A stretch of 40,848 bases of DNA from an uncultured Candidatus Sumerlaeota bacterium (GTDB lineage: Bacteria; Sumerlaeota; Sumerlaeia; MWCT01; JAUWMI01), in assembly GCA_964630455.1 (NCBI GenBank), contig CAZVVA010000005.1, positions 1 through 40,848 of the forward strand, read 5' to 3'. Numbering within the stretch: position 1 is the stretch's first letter; every line of letters begins with the position of its first letter. The notes below the pieces were generated by a model. The model was not told the DNA's origin and searched no databases. It saw only the letters and a list, made by a program, of their open reading frames with translations. Positions 1 to 10,900 of this stretch are shown here, piece by piece. Made by a program: the position numbers and the translations under genes.

Positions 1-160
1 TTTTCAACTTCGCTCATATTGGGCATCACGTTCCATGAGAATGAAGCTGTCTGACAAATATGCTTTGTCTCTGCAATTCCCCGATGCCCTCGGAGTACGC
101 GCATGTTGGGAGAATCGTAGAAGAAAGCCGTAGCTCTGTCAACCTTATTAGATATGCAGC

Positions 161-385
161 ATGTAGGGGCGTTTAATTAAACGCCCCTACAACTACCCAC
201 TATGGAATGCCAAGAACCTCTTTTTGTTCTATGCGTGGCATCCGTCCAGGCGGATGAATCTCCACGGGCAGGTTGAAAATGCGCCTGTGGCGTGATGTCC
301 GTGCCACTTTCTTATTAAAGTTCCGAAGTATGTAAGCCCTGTAGATATTCAAAACATTCATTTTGCTTGGGGCTCTTAGATATCT
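161..385. repeat. Structured intergenic repeat family, copy A (all three modules)
   Basis: 161-307 matches 3686-3822 almost base for base, apart from a 10-nt indel (AACTACCCAC, 191-200). 261-381 matches 32786-32884 (roughly 80% by eye). Contains a perfect 28-bp palindrome GTAGGGGCGTTTAATTAAACGCCCCTAC (163-190), a CATCCG..CGGATG hairpin, and a CACGGGCA (263-270) / TGTCCGTG (296-303) hairpin with one G-U wobble. Confidence 0.8.
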
Positions 386-425
386 GGGAAGAATCAGAAA
401 AAGCTAAGTGCAGGTTGGAGTAGTG

Positions 426-1196
426 TTAATCCTCGGGCAGGAATTTTATGAGAACCAGTGTAATATTATCCAGGCCTCCATATTCGTTGGCCTTTTGCAC
501 GAGCGTCTGACCGGCTAGCTCAAGATTATCTCCCATGCTGCATACGACTTCTCTGATCTCCTCATCTTTGACCATGCCTGAAAGTCCATCAGTACAGAGC
601 AGGAGCCGATCGCCGGGGGCTACGTCTACGGTGTTCACGTCAATCTCTACACTGTTACGGTTGCCCAGAGCGCGGGTAATTACATTTCTCCAGCGATGAT
701 TACGCGCCTCTTCTTTTGTGATGAGTTTTTTTTGCAGTTGCTCGCTCACCCAAGAGTGGTCAACCGTAAGTTGGAGTATTTCATCGCCCCGAATACGATA
801 GATGCGCGAATCACCCACATTCACCACGCACGCCTTATCGCCGTCCATAAACACTCCGGCAATGGTGGTTCCCATGCCACTATAGTTGGGATCCTGGGTT
901 GCCAGCTGGCAAAGCTCTTTATTGGCCAGGCGTATTGAAGTGAGAAACATATTTTCGGCTTCTGAAATGTTTGCATCAACGCCAAATGGCCAGGTGAGCT
1001 GCGAGTCTGCCAAACAGCGACGGATGAACTTTACGATAGTATTAATGGTCGTGCGGCTCGCGACCTCACCGGCATTGTGGCCTCCCATTCCATCAGCCAC
1101 AAGATACAGGCCGAGATCATCAACAATGGTATAGTTATCCTCGTTGTGAGTCCGCTTCAAGCCAATGTCAGTTTTTCCGTAAGCCTCTTGGTTCAT
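426..1196 (-). CDS. PP2C-family Ser/Thr protein phosphatase
   Basis: 256-aa ORF with PP2C/PPM motifs: KRTHNEDNY, VADGMGGHNAGEVAS, LLLCTDGLSGMV, GGLDNITLVL. Confidence 0.9.
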   Translation of the reverse strand: MNQEAYGKTDIGLKRTHNEDNYTIVDDLGLYLVADGMGGHNAGEVASRTTINTIVKFIRRCLADSQLTWPFGVDANISEAENMFLTSIRLANKELCQLATQDPNYSGMGTTIAGVFMDGDKACVVNVGDSRIYRIRGDEILQLTVDHSWVSEQLQKKLITKEEARNHRWRNVITRALGNRNSVEIDVNTVDVAPGDRLLLCTDGLSGMVKDEEIREVVCSMGDNLELAGQTLVQKANEYGGLDNITLVLIKFLPED

Positions 1197-1606
1197 GTCG
1201 CAAAATTCACAAAAGTCTCCTGTATTTACTGTTATGAAAATGTAGCTAAGAGGCTATCCATGTCAAGAGTTTATTGGCTAACGATTTGGCAGCTCAAGTT
1301 TCAGAGAAGCTGAGCGGCGAATATTTGCCCAAAATTAGAGCACAAATGCCTCAAGCGTGCCAAACCAACGTTTCGAGTGCACCAATTCGTATCAAGAAAA
1401 TTTCTTGCGTCTCTGTTATAAAACTATATTATAGCACATTAGCGCGTATCTGTCAGAGAGAAAAACCGTGCGTGCAACGGTTTTTTTGAGACAGAGCGCA
1501 TTGCCAATAGGTGCTCTATTGAGGGCGGAAAAACCACTTTTCGCCTCGTCGCTTCTCGGATAGTAGCGTCGCCACGTACACGCAACGGCAAGGAACCTTT
1601 TCGTCA

Positions 1607-2743
1607 ATGCAATACCGACCGCTTGGCATTACAGGGCTTCAGGTCTCCATGCTGGGGTTTGGCGCTATGCGCCTGCCTGAGAATGAGGATGAGGCCATTG
1701 CTGTTATTCAGCGCGCCTTTGATCTTGGCGTGAATGTGATTGATACTGCCCCCTACTATTGTAAAAATCGTAGCGAGACCATTGTCGGCAAGGCGCTCAG
1801 GGGCTACCGTGATAGCGTATTGCTCTCGACGAAAAACCCGGTGCAGCAAAACCCAACGGCCGCTGCCTCGCGCCGGCAGCTCGAAGGGTCGCTTCGCACC
1901 ATGGGCGTGGAAACGATTGACCTCTATCACATGTGGAGCCTCAATAAAACAATGTGGGAGACGATCCTCTTGAAGCCTGACGGGCCTCTTGCAGTTGCCA
2001 AACAGGCGAAGGAGCAAGGGCTGATCCGGCATATCTGCTTCTCCTGGCATGACGCGGTTGAGCACGCCATTCCCCTGATTGAATCCGGGGAATTCGACTG
2101 CATGACAATTCAGTATAACCTGGTGAATCAGTCGCAAGCACAGGCAATTGAGGCGGCGTATCGCCATGGGCTCGGTGTATTCGTTATGGGGCCAGTTGCC
2201 GGCGGTATGTTGGCCCAACCCTCGCAGGTAATTAAGAGTCTTAAACCCGTGAAGGCGCAAAGTAATGCAGCACTGGCCCTGCGCTTCGTGTGGGCAAATC
2301 CCGCAGTCTCCTCGGCCCTGTCAGGGATGAGTAGCATTGCCCAGGTGGAAGAGAATGTTGCTACAGCAAACCGCTCTGCCCCTCTCTCAGGCGAGGAACT
2401 CGCGGCCATCCAGGCGACTCTGGAGCAGCTCAAGGCGCTCGGCGACCGCTTCTGCACTGGATGCGACTATTGCATACCGTGCCCACAGAAAGTGAACATC
2501 CCCGAGATTTTTAGGTATCGCAACTACGCTATTGTCTATGATTTGACAGATTGGGCGAGAACCAATTACCGGTTGCTTGGATCAAAAGGACATTGGGTCC
2601 CGGGTTTCAGCGCGGACGCCTGCACCGAGTGTGGTGAGTGCGAACCGAAATGTCCTCAGCAAATTCCAATTGTTGAGCAGCTAAAAGAGGTTCACGCACT
2701 GCTCGGCACCTTGGCTGCCAGATCAAAATCGAAATCCTCCTAA
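1607..2743 (+). CDS. Aldo/keto reductase-family oxidoreductase with C-terminal 4Fe-4S ferredoxin-type domain
   Basis: 378-aa ORF. The N-terminus is AKR-like (LGFGAMRLP, NVIDTAPYY, LLSTK). The C-terminus has two Cys clusters, CTGCDYCIPCP and CTECGECEPKCP. Confidence 0.85.
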   Translation: MQYRPLGITGLQVSMLGFGAMRLPENEDEAIAVIQRAFDLGVNVIDTAPYYCKNRSETIVGKALRGYRDSVLLSTKNPVQQNPTAAASRRQLEGSLRTMGVETIDLYHMWSLNKTMWETILLKPDGPLAVAKQAKEQGLIRHICFSWHDAVEHAIPLIESGEFDCMTIQYNLVNQSQAQAIEAAYRHGLGVFVMGPVAGGMLAQPSQVIKSLKPVKAQSNAALALRFVWANPAVSSALSGMSSIAQVEENVATANRSAPLSGEELAAIQATLEQLKALGDRFCTGCDYCIPCPQKVNIPEIFRYRNYAIVYDLTDWARTNYRLLGSKGHWVPGFSADACTECGECEPKCPQQIPIVEQLKEVHALLGTLAARSKSKSS

Positions 2744-2765
2744 CCCTGCTTCGTGGGAGGTCTCT

Positions 2766-3620
2766 ATGCATCCTATTCTATTCTATGTGACCAAAAATTT
2801 TTACATCGGCACGTATGGTGTGCTTGTTGGGATTGGCGTGCTGCTGGGAGTAATCCTGGCAGTCCGCCATGCTCATAAGGCACACATCAAGGAAAACGTC
2901 ATTATGGATTTAATTTTTTTCTGTATCCTCGGAGGAATTGTTGGTGCCCGGCTGCTATATATTATTGTCTATTTCCCTGCATTTCTTGAGTCGCCATTCA
3001 AGATACTTTTCGCGCGGCAAGGTTTTGTATTCCTCGGGGCAATTGGAGGCGCAGTTGCTGTGGGCATGATCTACATCCGGCGACATCAGTTGCCGTTCTG
3101 GCAGGTCGCCGATGTGATTGCCCCCTCAATTCCGCTTGCACATTTCTTTGGTCGCCTGGGCTGCTTCTCTGCTGGCTGTTGCTATGGGAAGCCTGTTGGT
3201 GCCGGGTTGCGCTTTCTTGGAGTCCGGTTTCCCGCTGTATTTGATAAATCAGGAGAGTACGTGGGTAGCGGAGCTTTTGTTGACCACTGGAGCGATGGAC
3301 TGCTCGACGCGGGGGCTACGCACTCCCTGCCCGTTTATCCCACGCAGTTGTTTGAGAGCGGCGCGAACCTGCTGATTTTTGTGATACTTATGCTAGTAGC
3401 GCGCAGAAAACACTTTGATGGTCAGCTCCTGCTTCTGTATCTGTTGCTTTACTCTGGGGTGCGATTTCTTATCGAATTTTTCCGGGGCGATCCTGACCGA
3501 GGCATCTGGCTTAATGCCCTCTCTACCTCGCAGATCCTCTCTGTCATTATAATTGGCCTTGCTCTGTACTTCTGGACAACCCGCCACAAGGCCGGTACGC
3601 AGCACAAGACCGCCGATTAA
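2766..3620 (+). CDS. lgt: Prolipoprotein diacylglyceryl transferase
   Basis: 284-aa multi-pass membrane ORF with Lgt signatures (GRLGCFSAGCCYGKP, YPTQLFES, RFLIEFFRGD). It starts 23 nt after the upstream stop, so is probably co-transcribed. Confidence 0.9.
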   Translation: MHPILFYVTKNFYIGTYGVLVGIGVLLGVILAVRHAHKAHIKENVIMDLIFFCILGGIVGARLLYIIVYFPAFLESPFKILFARQGFVFLGAIGGAVAVGMIYIRRHQLPFWQVADVIAPSIPLAHFFGRLGCFSAGCCYGKPVGAGLRFLGVRFPAVFDKSGEYVGSGAFVDHWSDGLLDAGATHSLPVYPTQLFESGANLLIFVILMLVARRKHFDGQLLLLYLLLYSGVRFLIEFFRGDPDRGIWLNALSTSQILSVIIIGLALYFWTTRHKAGTQHKTAD

Positions 3621-3685
3621 TGGGTGCTGAAAGTCGAAGTCATTGCGACCTGTTCTGTTTAGATTTCTATAGATAACGGTACAGT

Positions 3686-3822
3686 ATGTAGGGGCGTTTA
3701 ATTAAACGCCCCTACTATGGAATCCCAAGAACCTCTTTTTGTTCTATGCGTGGCATCCGCCTAGGCGGATGAATCTACACGGGCAAGTTGAAAATGCGCC
3801 TGTGGCGTGATGCCCGTGCCAC
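3686..3822. repeat. Structured intergenic repeat family, copy B (modules 1+2)
   Basis: Same 28-bp palindrome (3688-3715). CATCCGCCTAGGCGGATG is a perfect 18-bp palindrome here. CACGGGCA (3778-3785) / TGCCCGTG (3811-3818) hairpin. Lies between the convergent lgt and symporter genes. Confidence 0.8.
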
Positions 3823-3964
3823 GTTGAATGGCACAGTTGAAGGCCAAGCATTCGCACAAAAATAAGCTCTTCAGCGGCTTTGGCTGTTTCTTTATTTATG
3901 CGAAAAGCAATAAGACCTCACATTACATTGCGCTCCGAAGTAAAGCACCGAGATTGGAGTCTTA

Positions 3965-5353
3965 TTAAACATTGTAGCGTTGCAGATAGCTCCTGGTCTC
4001 TGCCGCCATAACACCTGAAAGCCCAAGCAAGGCAACCAGATTTGGGAAAGCCATAAAGGCATTCATGATGTCCGAGATATCCCACACATGCTGAAGCCTC
4101 ACCACTGCTCCAACAACAACAAACACGATGAACAGACAGCGGTAAGGCATGATCGCTTTGGGCCCAAACAGATATTCACTGCATCGATCGCCGTAGTATG
4201 ACCAGCTGATCATCGTAGAATAGGCAAAGAAAATCAGTCCAAAGGAGACGACATACTTGCCGAGGCCGTATATGGGGAGTCCAGTCTCGAAGGCCATCGC
4301 CGATAGCGAGGCACCGGTTTCGCCGCTGTTCCAAACGCCGGTTAAGATAATCACAAGTGCGGTCATCGAGCAGATGATGATGGTATCAATAAATGGCCCG
4401 ATCATGGCTACAAATCCTTCGCGCGCCATTTCCCGGGTCTTTGCGGCTGCGTGTGCCATAGGCGCACTACCCAGACCCGACTCATTGGAGAATACGCCGC
4501 GGGCAACGCCGAAACGGATCGTCTGTTGCACCACCACTCCCATAAAGCCTCCGCCTGCTGCATAAGGTGTAAAAGCATAGCGAAAGATCATGCCAAATGC
4601 CTCGACAATCTTATCCGCATGAATGACAAGAATAACCAGGGCGCTCAGAACGTATACGACGCACATGAACGGAACAATGCGAGAGGCTACCTTGGCGATC
4701 CGGCGAATTCCGCCAATGATAACAAGACCCACGAGCAGGGCAAGCACGAGGCCCACAACCCACTTATAAACGGGAATGGAGAAGAGAGTAACCTCGCCAA
4801 TCTTCGCAGGCAGAATAAACCCCAGGCCGTCAACCACAGAGTTGGCTTGCACCATGTCGCCAATTCCAAACGAAGCGATCATTGCGAAGAAGGCAAACAT
4901 CGCGCCCAGCCACTTGAAGCCAAGCCCACGTGCGAGAAAATACATCGGCCCTCCGCTAGCACTGCCGTCTTTATGAATTATACGGTATTTAAGCGCCAGG
5001 GAACAGGAAGTATACTTTGTGGCCATGCCGACAATGGCAGTCACCCACATCCAGAAGACCGCCCCTGGCCCGCCCGAAGCAATGGCTGTGGCGACACCTG
5101 CAATATTGCCTGTGCCGATTGTTGCGGAGAGCGCGGCGCACAGTGCCTGGAAGTGCGTTATATCGCCTGCTTCTCGCGGATCGTCATACTTCCCTGAGAT
5201 GCATTCAACGCTGTGGCGCAGCTTGCGAATTTGGAGAAACCTCAGCCGTACACTTAGAAACAAACCGGTTCCAACAAGCAAAATCACCATGTGCGGGCCC
5301 CAGGCCCAATTGCTCATCTCACTCAACAGATTGGGAAGAAAATCAGCCGACAT
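3965..5353 (-). CDS. Alanine/glycine:cation symporter (AGCS family)
   Basis: 462-aa polytopic ORF with the AGCS block FQALCAALSATIGTGNIAGVATAIASGGPGAVFWMW and SNESGLGSAPMAHAAAKT. Confidence 0.9.
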   Translation of the reverse strand: MSADFLPNLLSEMSNWAWGPHMVILLVGTGLFLSVRLRFLQIRKLRHSVECISGKYDDPREAGDITHFQALCAALSATIGTGNIAGVATAIASGGPGAVFWMWVTAIVGMATKYTSCSLALKYRIIHKDGSASGGPMYFLARGLGFKWLGAMFAFFAMIASFGIGDMVQANSVVDGLGFILPAKIGEVTLFSIPVYKWVVGLVLALLVGLVIIGGIRRIAKVASRIVPFMCVVYVLSALVILVIHADKIVEAFGMIFRYAFTPYAAGGGFMGVVVQQTIRFGVARGVFSNESGLGSAPMAHAAAKTREMAREGFVAMIGPFIDTIIICSMTALVIILTGVWNSGETGASLSAMAFETGLPIYGLGKYVVSFGLIFFAYSTMISWSYYGDRCSEYLFGPKAIMPYRCLFIVFVVVGAVVRLQHVWDISDIMNAFMAFPNLVALLGLSGVMAAETRSYLQRYNV

Positions 5354-5391
5354 TATCTACCTCCTCTCCATGAAGTTGTTGGAAAACTCAA

Positions 5392-7614
5392 CTAGGGCAC
5401 CCGTGCAATGTAAAGCTGAGGCCCACCTTCACGCCCCTCCTGAAATATAACGGACTGGCGCAGAAGCCACAGAAACTGTCGTAGCTTTCCCTCGTGCTGT
5501 GGATATTCTGGATCCAGGAAATACGGCGCGTAGAACTCCGGGTAACTAATCAGATGATGCGGCGCTAATTCCAGCAACGGCTCAAGTCCACGCTCTCGGA
5601 GCTCATCCCGTGGCCCGTAGAACTGAATAAGGCGCTTGAGTTCATGCTCGTTTACAAGACAGTGGGTAAAACCCTGTGCTTTTAGCAGGCCCGCTAGAGC
5701 TTGGGCAGAAGAAACCTGTTTTGCCATGAGCAACATGGGACTTTGGTCAAACACCGTGTTGACAAGCACCGATCTGTCGAACGGATACGTCCGTGCTTCG
5801 TAAATGAACAGCAGTTTGGCATCCGGCTCCAGCTGCGTGTTGACATAGTTTGCAGCATCAGCGAGCGGCCACAGAAATCGCTTCTGAAACTCGCTGCGGG
5901 ACTCGATGGCCAGAGCTACCTGGGGAATGTGGAAGGCTTGAGACTTGGCAAAGAGTACATACATCCCGGCAAGGCCGAAGAGTGCGCATCCGGACAGTAC
6001 AATAGGGCCTATAACGCGCCATGAGCCGACTTCGCTGATCACCAGTATTGCCACAATAACAGCCACCGCAATGTAGGACGTGAGAAACCTATCTGCGCTC
6101 TGCGCCAGGAGGTTCCACACCAGGAATCCCAGCACACCGTATGCCATCAATCCGGTCTCGATGGATACGACTTTACGCAAAAAGAGAACCAGAACAGGCA
6201 CGGCCAGAAAAAAGATGCCCGGGACCACGGTGCGCTGCAGAACTGTCACGACGTATGTAGAAGATAAAAGCGGAACGGGATGATGAACATTCACCAGAAA
6301 CTCGGCCTGCTCCGATGTCCAGCCCGACATGGGAAAAATCGTGGAAAGAAATGGGTAAACGGGATTACCAGTTGAAATGAGATTCTTGATCGCAATTGGC
6401 GCAAACACAAGCACGACAATCCCGACCAAACAGATCAAAGAGATAATATACGCCCTAAAAAATCGAGTGACTTGAGCTTTAGCGGCTACGTTACTGCCGG
6501 CTGCTCTGATACCTGGAGTGACGTCCTGGGCCGGTGATTCTGTCGGGCGACTGCTGATACCACACAAAAATAGCCCCAGGGGAAGAAGTACCATGCAATA
6601 TGGGATAACATAGAGACCTATAGCTGTGTATTTCGTAGCAATGGCAAATCCTAAGCACACCCCGCTCAGCAGAAAATACGATCTTTGGCGCTCCTGGATC
6701 CAAAACACCAACGCCAGAAGCGCTGCAATGATAAAGCCACTGGTGCCAAGATCATTAAATGCATCAAGACCGCTCTTGAAGACGATCGGATGGATGGAAA
6801 ACAAAACAAGCCCAGCAAGGCACCACATGCGCTTCAGCCCCAAACGCGATAGCATCAGAAAGATTCCCATCCCGCTCAGTGCGTAGAAGACAAAGGTGAT
6901 CAGGTGAGGCGTGCCATTACTTACTTCCCCTTCCAACAACAATCCCAGAACGTAGAGCATTTCAACACTACATGGTAGGCTGCTGAAGAAGTTGTACGGG
7001 ATAGGACAAATCCCTCCGTGTTGGATATATGTCTTCGGCACACCAAGATGATACTCAAGCACATCGTAGTCTACGGGTGGCATCATGGCAGCAGCGAGAT
7101 ATATGATCACACAAATCGCCACGAGAAATAGCAGCAGCATTTCGCCAGCCTGCCATGGGGACACAACCTGCCTACTCACCCATTGCCAAAAAAGACGGAA
7201 AAACGTTGCGATTCGCCTGGCCACGGCCAGAAGCCCGATCAACATTGCAAACATCACCCAGTGATGCCGGTAACCGTGCAGCAGGCCCATGAACAGCACA
7301 GCATGCGACACTATGCCAAGTCCCAGCAGGGCTGAGAAATAATACTCGTAGCGATGTCTGGAAAAAGACAGCCGGAGTATCTGCAATGCGGCATGGCCAA
7401 TGCCGATGCTGAGCATCACTATCAGAAAAACGATTGCCGCAGGGTACAGAAGAAGGTAAAATCCCAGGAAAAGGCTTGTTGAAGCAAATCGGGTGCCGAA
7501 GAGATGAAAACTGCCGCCAAGAATTCCAAGAAACACAAATCCCAGAATCCACGTTAACGGCCGTGACCGTGCATTATGCAAAGCCTGCATAGTAGAGGAG
7601 TTCCTTGCAGACAC
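5392..7614 (-). CDS. Large polytopic membrane protein with a soluble C-terminal domain; possibly a GT-C-fold glycosyltransferase
   Basis: 740-aa ORF with more than 12 hydrophobic segments. An acidic first-loop motif (PPVDYDVLEYH) resembles GT-C loop-1 motifs. The ~150-aa C-terminus is hydrophilic. The functional call is weak. Confidence 0.45.
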   Translation of the reverse strand: MSARNSSTMQALHNARSRPLTWILGFVFLGILGGSFHLFGTRFASTSLFLGFYLLLYPAAIVFLIVMLSIGIGHAALQILRLSFSRHRYEYYFSALLGLGIVSHAVLFMGLLHGYRHHWVMFAMLIGLLAVARRIATFFRLFWQWVSRQVVSPWQAGEMLLLFLVAICVIIYLAAAMMPPVDYDVLEYHLGVPKTYIQHGGICPIPYNFFSSLPCSVEMLYVLGLLLEGEVSNGTPHLITFVFYALSGMGIFLMLSRLGLKRMWCLAGLVLFSIHPIVFKSGLDAFNDLGTSGFIIAALLALVFWIQERQRSYFLLSGVCLGFAIATKYTAIGLYVIPYCMVLLPLGLFLCGISSRPTESPAQDVTPGIRAAGSNVAAKAQVTRFFRAYIISLICLVGIVVLVFAPIAIKNLISTGNPVYPFLSTIFPMSGWTSEQAEFLVNVHHPVPLLSSTYVVTVLQRTVVPGIFFLAVPVLVLFLRKVVSIETGLMAYGVLGFLVWNLLAQSADRFLTSYIAVAVIVAILVISEVGSWRVIGPIVLSGCALFGLAGMYVLFAKSQAFHIPQVALAIESRSEFQKRFLWPLADAANYVNTQLEPDAKLLFIYEARTYPFDRSVLVNTVFDQSPMLLMAKQVSSAQALAGLLKAQGFTHCLVNEHELKRLIQFYGPRDELRERGLEPLLELAPHHLISYPEFYAPYFLDPEYPQHEGKLRQFLWLLRQSVIFQEGREGGPQLYIARVP

Positions 7615-7912
7615 GTTCTGTTATTTGCAACTTGTTTCTTCTGCTCTCAAACGCGAGAAGAGCGCTTCAGCCAAAGTCAGACGTAAAATACAGACGATCT
7701 TGAATGCAGTAAAGCAAAAAAACGTGGAAATATGCAAAATTTCCACACTAGCCGCACCAGCCGTCAGTTGCTTAAACGGTTGACATCTGCCACTGGGGTG
7801 CGCAAAATTATTAGCATTAAAGCAGACATATATTCAGGGCCGCTCAAGAATTTTCGTCAGTCCTTGCGCAGTGTGCCGCAGTATATAAACCGATCTCGAG
7901 ACGATTGTAGGA

Positions 7913-10900
7913 ATGGCGCTCCAGCAGTTTGTCCATTGTCACGTTCATAGTCACTTCAGCCTTAGCGATGGTGTTCCGTCAGTTTCCGCGTTGGTGCATA
8001 AGGCCGAGCAGCTAGGCATGAGCGCCATGGCACTGACGGATCATAACTCCCTCGGTGGGATTATTGAATTTACCCGAACGGCCCGCAGTTGCGGGCTTCA
8101 GCCAATCATCGGATGTGAACTCGACGTTCTTCCCTTTGAGACCTCCCATTATTCTGGCACAACACATCACCTTACCCTCCTCGTAGAGAGCGAAAAAGGC
8201 TATCGAAACCTCGTCTCTCTAATAACGCTGGCACATAAGAACGCTGGTACGGGCAAGCCTCATGTAGCGTTTAGCGACCTTGCGCGACATAGCACAGGGC
8301 TCCTGGCCCTGACAGGCTGCATCCGGGGTGAACTCGCACACCTGCTTCTCGGACGTAATCCTGAGGTAGCTGAGCGATACCTGGAGGCACTGGTGTGCGC
8401 GTTCGGGAAGGCAAATGTCTATTTCGAGCTTCAGGAAACAGGAGAACCGCAGCGAGGAGTTGTGAACAATCGCCTGATTCAGCTTTCACATTTCCTCGGC
8501 ATTCCAACCGTGGCTACGAATAACGTGCATCACCTGCATCCAGAAGAAGAACTGTGCTTCCAGTTTCTCAAGCGCACACCTGTCCGACCTGACGCGACAG
8601 TGGATGCTTTCTACCGCCCTGGTAAGGTCACCCGCCATTTAGCCAGCGAAACAGAGATGAGCGAGAAATTTGCTGCGCATCCGAGGGCGATCCAGGCAAC
8701 GGTGGAGATTGCACAGCGCTGTGGCTTTGTGCTCGAGCCACGTCCACCGCGTTTTCCGCTACTGGACTTTGATCGGGGACAGGACGCTGAGTCGTTTCTA
8801 TGGGATCTGGCATTTCGTGAAGCTACAAAAAAGTATGGTTTCCTCAGCAACGAGCTGAAAGACCGCTTGAACGAAGAATTCGACTACATCAAAAATAACG
8901 GCTTAATTCATTGCATCATCCTTCTTCAGAAACTCACGCAGTTTCTTCGTGAAAAGCACATCATAAAAGGGATCGGGAAGGGAAATATTGTCTCCAGCGT
9001 TGTTGCATACGTGCTGGGCCTTACAGACATTGATCCTCTTGAGTACCATATCAAGTTTCAGGGATTCATTGTAGGGGAAGCGTCCTCTCCCATGCTGACC
9101 ATTGAGGTGCCAACTAAGCACCTTACGACTATCACGACCTATCTGCAACAGCTGTATCCGGAGTCTTGCCTTGCAGCCGTGGGGAAGTACCAGTATTGGC
9201 ACAAAGGAACACTCTTGACGGAACTGTGCCTGTGGGCAAACGTGCCGAAGCACCGCATCGGGGGATTGCTGGCCTCACCTGCTTTCCAGTCGCAATCATC
9301 GTGCTCGCCTGGCTCGTTAGGGGATCTAGTGAGTCAAAATTCGCAGGGACTGGCGCTTACAACTCCGCGCCTCCTTTCCTGCATCATCGCCTCGCTGCAT
9401 CCGCGACCGCGCGCCTTGAAGCCAATGACAGGGCACCTGGTGATTTCCGGCGAGCATCTGAACGAGTTGGTGCCACGCGAGTTCAGCAACACTCCGCTCG
9501 GTGTGACTCAAATGGAAGCTGCATCCCTCGATCTACTTGGACTCCCTCATCTCAATATTATTGCTCGTCCCCTACTCGACATTCTTGACGATACGATATT
9601 CTGGATCCGCAACCAGGAAAACCGCTCGTTCAGCCTCGAAAAAATCCCTTTGAACGACGTGCCCACGTTTCAGCTCCTCAGCCGTGGACTCACGAACGGC
9701 ATTCCGCCGTTCCACTCCATAACGTTGAAATCTCTGCTGCGCGTTCATCGGCCCCGTAACATTCTTCAGCTTCTGAAGGTAAAAACCGAGAGCGCCCGGA
9801 ATCGAACAAAGACAAGCGCAAGCGATCATAATATTGTCCACCAGATTTCTGATTGTATCTTGACCTACTGGTGTGCGTATCTAAAAGCTCACTATCCGCT
9901 TTCCTTCATGACTGCCATCCTGACGAACTCGCATCAGCATCGCAAGCGATTCACTATTCTCCTCCGCGAAGCACGCTATATGGGGATAAGAATTCTGCTT
10001 CCCGACGTCAATCTCAGCAGCTATACGTTTACTCAGGAAGGCAAGGCCATCCGCACAGGCATGATGATTGTGCACGGCATGGGTGAAAAAGCCTTTCATG
10101 AGATCGAAACCGTCAGGAAAGGTGGAGCATTTAACGATCTGGAAGATTTGTGTAAGCGGACAGATCCAAAACTTCTGCATGCTCGTCTGATTGTCAGTAT
10201 GATTAAAACTGGTGTTTTGGATTCGTTTGGCACCAAGCGCTCACAGATGCTGCAAATGCTTCCGGGGCTGATCCAGACTACGCGTCAAAAGGAGGAGGGG
10301 GAGGAGGACCTTACGCCGTCTTTCTTTGATTTGCCCGGCGTTAAGGTACAACCAATCACAACCTCGGACGCCGGGACATCAGAGGTGGCAGAGCTCCCAC
10401 TTGAAACCCTTATCAAGTATGAAATTGACGCTGCCGGATACGCCATAACCTACGATCCATTGTCGCCGTATCAGGATCTTATCCGTAAAATACGGGCGAT
10501 CAGCCCGTATGGTATCATGCCAAAACTCGAAGGGACTTATCAATATCTGGTAGGTTACATTGACCACATTGATCGCGAGGGCCCCCTGGTGGGCAGCGAC
10601 ACCGCACTCATTCTTGACTTCGAAGGCTATCTGGTAAGCGTCCCACCAAGAGTTGCTAAACGCGCTGGACGGGCTCTTACGAGCACCCTACCTGTATTGA
10701 TCGGTGGACGCATTTGTGGCAACAAAGACCAGAGCATGATAAGAGCTCACTGCATCCATACCCTGGCGGAGGTGCAAAAAGCTGCGGAGGTGACTATAAA
10801 AATTGCGCTGAATCTGGACGGCGAGAATGTCAAAACACTGAAGATGCTCAAACATCTCGCGAAGACCTATCCAGGCAAAACAAAAATTGAGGTGAGAAAT

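Noticed and set aside
200-361. 53-aa minus-strand ORF (MNVLNIYRAYILRNF...) running through repeat copy A
   Set aside because: The equivalent frame in copy C stops after 9 codons (MNILNISRA*), and copy B lacks that part. The repeat is therefore conserved as nucleic acid, not as a protein.
1604-2260. 218-aa minus-strand ORF (plus 1941-2147 and 2128-2457) antisense to the aldo/keto reductase gene
   Set aside because: It lies entirely inside a CDS with strong family motifs on the other strand. Its translation is low-complexity and Arg/His-rich with no recognisable domain. This is typical of a shadow ORF.
4451-5197. 248-aa plus-strand ORF inside the AGCS symporter gene
   Set aside because: It is antisense to a confidently identified transporter, and its composition (His/Asn/Arg-rich) looks non-protein-like.
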